Of a DNA stretch of 64,000 nt, positions 60,179-64,000 are shown one piece after another. The notes beneath the pieces were generated by a model. The model was not told the origin of the DNA. It saw nothing but the letters and a program-made list of their open reading frames with translations, and ran no database searches. How positions within the stretch are numbered: position 1 is the first letter of the stretch; each line of letters begins with the position of its first letter. Both the position numbers and the translations under genes were made by a program. The stretch is taken from assembly GCA_020852295.1 (NCBI GenBank), contig JADZBC010000009.1, positions 104,628 through 168,627 on the forward strand, written 5' to 3'. This DNA is from a bacterium (GTDB lineage: Bacteria; Patescibacteriota; Saccharimonadia; CAILAD01; JADZBC01).

Positions 60179-60918
60179 AAATCAAGCTCAACACCAGGTT
60201 CTTTACTACGGTCGGCTTTGTACTTGCTCTCGTCATCGCGCTTCTCGTCATCGCGATAGGCTTACTTGGCTCCACGCGAGGGGTGCCCAATTGGCAAATC
60301 TTGCTCAACAAATGGAAGGGCGTCGCCACAACTTACCGTACCGGACCAACCGGTAGCGAGAGCTCAGATGCGACTACTTCGCTGGATACAACCGACCCGA
60401 CGATAGATGGCAGTAACGGCGACACAAGCCCAGACCAATCTACACCAAACAACGGCGGTGGCGGTACCGATACCAATACGCCCGGTAGTGGTGGCTCTGG
60501 AGGTAGAGGATCGGCCACCCCAAAGCCGAGTAGCTCTACAACTACTCCACCGTCATCGGGTGGGGGTGCGAGTACGCCAAAGCCAACGGGCAACTCGACT
60601 CCACAACCAACGCCTGCGCCAACTCCAACGCCGACCCCTGCACCAGCTTGCTCGGCCGGAGGATCGTGTACGGCAGCGCAGGTTGCTACCCACAACACTC
60701 AGGGCAATTGCTGGGTGATCTATGGATCGAAAGTTTATAATGTGACTGGTTACGTTGGGCAACACCCCCCTGGACCAAGCTATTTCAACTCATCTGTTTG
60801 CGGTAAAGACGTATCAAGTTTTCTCGGCGGCAGCTCATCGGTCAATGGCAACCGACATCGTCACTCCAACAGTGCTTATTCGATTCTCAATAGCTATTGG
60901 TATGCAAATCTCATATAA
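60175..60918 (+). CDS. membrane-anchored Ser/Thr/Pro-rich protein with C-terminal cytochrome b5-like heme-binding domain
   Basis: N-terminal TM. Low-complexity linker. HNTQGNCWVIYGSKVYNVTGYVGQHPPGPS resembles the cyt b5 motif (HxxxxDCWxxIxGxVYDVTxFxxxHPGG). Confidence 0.55.
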   Translation: MKIKLNTRFFTTVGFVLALVIALLVIAIGLLGSTRGVPNWQILLNKWKGVATTYRTGPTGSESSDATTSLDTTDPTIDGSNGDTSPDQSTPNNGGGGTDTNTPGSGGSGGRGSATPKPSSSTTTPPSSGGGASTPKPTGNSTPQPTPAPTPTPTPAPACSAGGSCTAAQVATHNTQGNCWVIYGSKVYNVTGYVGQHPPGPSYFNSSVCGKDVSSFLGGSSSVNGNRHRHSNSAYSILNSYWYANLI

Positions 60919-60938
60919 TTTGTAAAAGGAATTTCACA

Positions 60939-61505
60939 ATGCCCGCCACTCCACTACAACCACAAAAACAACATAGCTCTCAAAAGCTTCAGCTCTTTGT
61001 TATGATGGCGCTTTTTGCAGGTATTGGCGTAGGAGCAGTCGGTATGGGGTTGGCTGGTAATTCTCGTCAGCCTGTTGGCGTGAGTCCAAGTATGCAGCCG
61101 CGCCGCGACGCTGTCTCTGAAGTAAAAAAGGTCGGTGAGATGATCGAAGTCGACAATGTTAGTTTTGGAGTTGATGCAGTCAATCTCAATCAGGCGGCCG
61201 ATGCTGTTTACAAACCAAACCCGGGGAATCGTTTCGTAGTGGTCAGTGTCACGATAGCTAATAAAACTACCCAACAGCGACCGGTCGTTCCGGTAACTCA
61301 GGTGTATTTGAAGGATCAGGACGGTAATACATATTTTATGTCGCCGGCACCCATGAAAAATCCGATTGCTGCTGGCAACTTGCTTGCCGGAGACAATCTC
61401 AAAGGGCAGCTTTCATTTGAGGTGCCAGACTCGGTCAAGCAGCTAAAACTGTATTTTGATCCCGGCTGGAACAACGTCTCGCCATTCGTGGTTGGACTGA
61501 ATTAG
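60939..61505 (+). CDS. DUF4352-like secreted/membrane-anchored protein
   Basis: TM, then Ig-like domain with the GNRFVVVSVTIANKT pattern. Start uncertain. Confidence 0.5.
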   Translation: MPATPLQPQKQHSSQKLQLFVMMALFAGIGVGAVGMGLAGNSRQPVGVSPSMQPRRDAVSEVKKVGEMIEVDNVSFGVDAVNLNQAADAVYKPNPGNRFVVVSVTIANKTTQQRPVVPVTQVYLKDQDGNTYFMSPAPMKNPIAAGNLLAGDNLKGQLSFEVPDSVKQLKLYFDPGWNNVSPFVVGLN

Positions 61506-62635
61506 ATACTAATGGTGCGCTCGAGGATTGCATCAACCTCGACGTGCTTATTCTTGAGTAATTGACGAGCTTGATCCTGTTTTTCGGTAATTGCGCGTTC
61601 GAGATTTTGTAGCCCATCGGCTCTCGCCGCTCCATTACCATGAACTACTTCGCGCAGATTACTAATGCCGAACTTGCGTGCGTAAGACTCGGCAAAGATC
61701 ACGCTTAGGTGGTCAACAATTGTGTCTCGGTCGCGGTTAGGAAAATCCTCAAGCGTTACTTCAATTGAGCTCTCAATTTTTTTTAGTAGGCGCGGCAGGG
61801 TGGCGATCGCAAGCTCTGTTGGGTTTTCAAATTTTTGTAATTCCGGCTTGACAACATACCGGTCAATTAGCTGGTGAATATGTTCACGATCAAGCTGGTA
61901 TGTACGTGCAAGTAGCTCGTGATCAGTTGCGGCACGGAGATTTGTTTCGACTGTTGCATTGTGCTTCTCAAATTTATCGACAAACTGTACTTCGAGCTGT
62001 GGAACCAAAAAGCTGATGCCACCATAGTTAACTGATTCTGCAGTATCATGCAGAAGGGTCTCTGGTAGTCCGTGCAGCCCTTTTGTGGCGGTTACGGGAT
62101 AGATTTCCTGCGAACCAAATACTGCACGAAACCTTTCGGAATGTGGAATAGCCATGTAGTCGTCTGTACTCACCGCGTAAATTTCAAAGTCGCTGTGCGT
62201 CCGGTAGTCTGGGCTCTCTTGAGTTTTGGTTCGCCCGACTACTTCGCCCTGGAGTGCTAGCTCGGCGCCAACACCTTTGCCAAACAGATAGTAAGTTGTG
62301 CCATCCTCGCCCTGTTGAGGCATAAGCGCTCGAGCCAAAATGACCTTTGTTGTAAAGGTATCAATGTCGTTCATCTCAATACCATCAGTAAAGGTTTCTT
62401 CTCGCCAGCGGTGTAGAGCATTGAGCTGGGTGGGTGTTGGTTCTTGAGTAAAGTTGCCAGATTCATCAAGCTGCAGTTCAAACTGATTGCGCAGAAAGTC
62501 GAGCGAGCGCTTCACGCGGCGCTCTACTTCGCTGTTCTGCGCAAGTGCTTCACGAGCATCGTCGTTCTCTACCGGACTCGTGAATGTGTCTTTGCTGTCG
62601 TCTTGTGGATTAAGCTGGTCCGATGGTTGATCCAA
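61502..62635 (-). CDS. hypothetical protein (about 375 aa), start uncertain
   Basis: Long ORF. The listed N-terminus reads through tRNA-Pro, so the start is trimmed to a possible TTG at 62635. No domain recognised. Confidence 0.4.
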   Translation of the reverse strand: MDQPSDQLNPQDDSKDTFTSPVENDDAREALAQNSEVERRVKRSLDFLRNQFELQLDESGNFTQEPTPTQLNALHRWREETFTDGIEMNDIDTFTTKVILARALMPQQGEDGTTYYLFGKGVGAELALQGEVVGRTKTQESPDYRTHSDFEIYAVSTDDYMAIPHSERFRAVFGSQEIYPVTATKGLHGLPETLLHDTAESVNYGGISFLVPQLEVQFVDKFEKHNATVETNLRAATDHELLARTYQLDREHIHQLIDRYVVKPELQKFENPTELAIATLPRLLKKIESSIEVTLEDFPNRDRDTIVDHLSVIFAESYARKFGISNLREVVHGNGAARADGLQNLERAITEKQDQARQLLKNKHVEVDAILERTISI

Positions 62636-62647
62636 GTTATTACCTTT

Positions 62648-62724
62648 CTGGTCGGGGTGGCCGGACTTGAACCGACGACCTCGTCGTCCCGAACGACGCG
62701 CGCTAGCCAGCTGCGCCACACCCC
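62648..62724 (-). tRNA. tRNA-Pro (CGG)
   Basis: Anticodon loop uuCGGga, G37, CCA encoded. Confidence 0.9.
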
Positions 62725-62737
62725 GGCGATCAATTCG

Positions 62738-62992
62738 CTATTCTTTCTCTTTGCTGGCCTTGCTGCCAAATTGCTTCTTGCTGAAGTAGAAAAAGTACAA
62801 GATTTCGAGAATCCCAATTGTATTGACTACGAGAAGCAAAATATACCAGACTTTGTCGCCTTTACGGGCTGCCTTCCAGAGAGCGAGGCCCTTCCAGGCA
62901 ACAGACCACACCAGTAGTATCGTAAATATCCAGGCATTTTGCGCCAGCCAGGCACCGATGGTTTGGTTGAAAACTACATCATTGCTATTCAT
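62738..62992 (-). CDS. small membrane protein (84 aa) between the two tRNA-Pro genes
   Basis: Two TM segments, Trp-rich. Confidence 0.45.
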   Translation of the reverse strand: MNSNDVVFNQTIGAWLAQNAWIFTILLVWSVAWKGLALWKAARKGDKVWYILLLVVNTIGILEILYFFYFSKKQFGSKASKEKE

Positions 62993-63015
62993 ACACTTAT
63001 TTTACTCCTTTCTAT

Positions 63016-63054
63016 CCAAGAAAAAAGCCCGAGACAGTACTCGGACACTTTTCT
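63016..63054 (-). terminator. rho-independent terminator after tRNA-Pro(TGG)
   Basis: ccgag...ctcgg hairpin followed by T-run on the minus strand. Confidence 0.6.
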
Positions 63055-63131
63055 TGGTCGGGGTGAAAGGACTCGAACCTTCGACCTCGCGGTCCCAAAC
63101 CGCGCGCGCTAGCCAGCTGCGCCACACCCCG
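63055..63131 (-). tRNA. tRNA-Pro (TGG)
   Basis: Anticodon loop uuUGGga. Acceptor and D-arm identical to the CGG isoacceptor. Confidence 0.9.
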
Positions 63132-63194
63132 CTATTTGTGTGTAAATAACGACTATTACCATAGCAATTTATACCTGAAAAAGCAATATTCAGA

Positions 63195-63521
63195 CTAGAT
63201 CTTGAGGTGCTTGGCACGGCGATAGAGAAACCACGGGAAAACGACACAGGCACCAACCGTAAACATGCCGATAAGCGGCAGCGCCCAGCGCTTGAGGCCG
63301 ATGCGCTTACTCTCGAAATACATAAAGGGTATAAAGGCACTGACGGCCAGCGACAGGTCAATTCCGATGAAGCGTGCTGAATTATTGACCGTTGCATCGC
63401 GCACAAAGCGAGCGACATCAAACCCGCCCGGTTCTTGCAGGAGAGGGATAGTGGCAATTAGGGCAATTGCAATCGTTGCGATTAGCAGCCAAAGATAGAA
63501 AGTACTTTGCTTGAATTTCAT
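63195..63521 (-). CDS. hypothetical membrane protein (108 aa)
   Basis: Three TM segments. Confidence 0.4.
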   Translation of the reverse strand: MKFKQSTFYLWLLIATIAIALIATIPLLQEPGGFDVARFVRDATVNNSARFIGIDLSLAVSAFIPFMYFESKRIGLKRWALPLIGMFTVGACVVFPWFLYRRAKHLKI

Positions 63522-63524
63522 CGA

Positions 63525-63989
63525 TTACGACTTACCTGTAGTCATGGGCCGGACAAAACGGTGGTAGCCAAGATAGAGCACGACAACAAGGCCGACGCTG
63601 ACGCCAACAAACACATACTTACTGTTTTGCGAAGCGAAGCCGCGCGCCAGACCATACACGAGCGAGAAGAGCCCACCAAGCATGACGCCATCGGACATGA
63701 TGCGAATCTTTTTCTCAAACGCCAGACTAACAACCAAAAACACCACCGATGCGATGAGCATCACGATCGATACATTGCGGTTGTATGGCTTCATCTTTTC
63801 GTCGTAGACGGCTATCTTGGTGTCAAATTCGCGCTGCATCTCGACTTGTTGAGGCGTGAGTTCTTTGCCGTATGAGTTGAGCTCTATCGGCATCTTGGGC
63901 GATTCGGGGCCTGGGTAAAATGTGTCCACTCCGACGCCAACAAAGATGGCGAACAGGAGCCCCAAGAAGAATGTGTAAATGAGACGCAA
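63525..63989 (-). CDS. hypothetical membrane protein (154 aa)
   Basis: Four TM segments. Start near the window end. Confidence 0.4.
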   Translation of the reverse strand: MRLIYTFFLGLLFAIFVGVGVDTFYPGPESPKMPIELNSYGKELTPQQVEMQREFDTKIAVYDEKMKPYNRNVSIVMLIASVVFLVVSLAFEKKIRIMSDGVMLGGLFSLVYGLARGFASQNSKYVFVGVSVGLVVVLYLGYHRFVRPMTTGKS

Positions 63990-64000
63990 GATTTTGTTTT

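Noticed and set aside
62636-62719. N-terminal 24-28 codons of the 405-aa minus ORF (MAQLASARRSGRRG...)
   Set aside because: That part is simply the reverse complement of tRNA-Pro(CGG), so the start was trimmed. The 5' end of the greA-like ORF (54748..54786) similarly reads into tRNA-His.

Overview
This 64 kb window is a compact, gene-dense chromosomal segment. It is mostly + strand from 1 to about 46 kb, with frequent 4-nt ATGA start/stop overlaps. By eye the background GC is roughly 50% (not computed).

The content is mainly housekeeping genes:
- Glycerol-phosphate and redox metabolism: gpsA, a glycerol-kinase-like FGGY kinase, NDH-2 and malic enzyme.
- LexA.
- The hrcA-grpE-dnaK-dnaJ heat-shock operon with two CIRCE operators.
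- tilS-ftsH-murJ-lepA.
- yebC-ruvC ... ruvA-ruvB.
- tsaE, tsaB, rny, hup, mntH and greA.
- A DNA-uptake/type IV pilus set: type IV pilin, PilB ATPase, a lamin-tail-domain protein and ComEC.
- A sortase with an adjacent LPXTG-anchored PD40 beta-propeller surface protein.
- A GGDEF cyclase, a CHAP hydrolase, and an ABC exporter next to a DUF2207 protein.
- Nine tRNAs: three CAU-anticodon species (Ile2-like, initiator, elongator Met), Lys, His, Arg, Gly and two Pro.
- Many small membrane proteins.

This gene set, together with several apparently shortened proteins, suggests a small-genome Gram-positive-type bacterium, possibly a CPR/Saccharibacteria-like epibiont. That lineage call is inference only.

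The most notable signals are:
- Four sharply higher-GC insertions (about 65-70% by eye), three of them directly next to tRNA genes. One carries an LAxTG-sorted, Thr-rich actinobacterial-type surface protein. Another carries a gamma-glutamylcyclotransferase that sits beside a native RimK plus two class-I amidotransferase genes.
- tRNA-like 5' fragments upstream of two tRNAs.
- A ferric-reductase-like flavocytochrome gene broken by a frameshift and an in-frame TAG.
- An unusually proline-rich insertion in PilB.
- A dnaK operon that also carries a mini-pyrophosphatase and an NYN-domain gene.

No CRISPR array, rRNA, integrase or transposase was seen.
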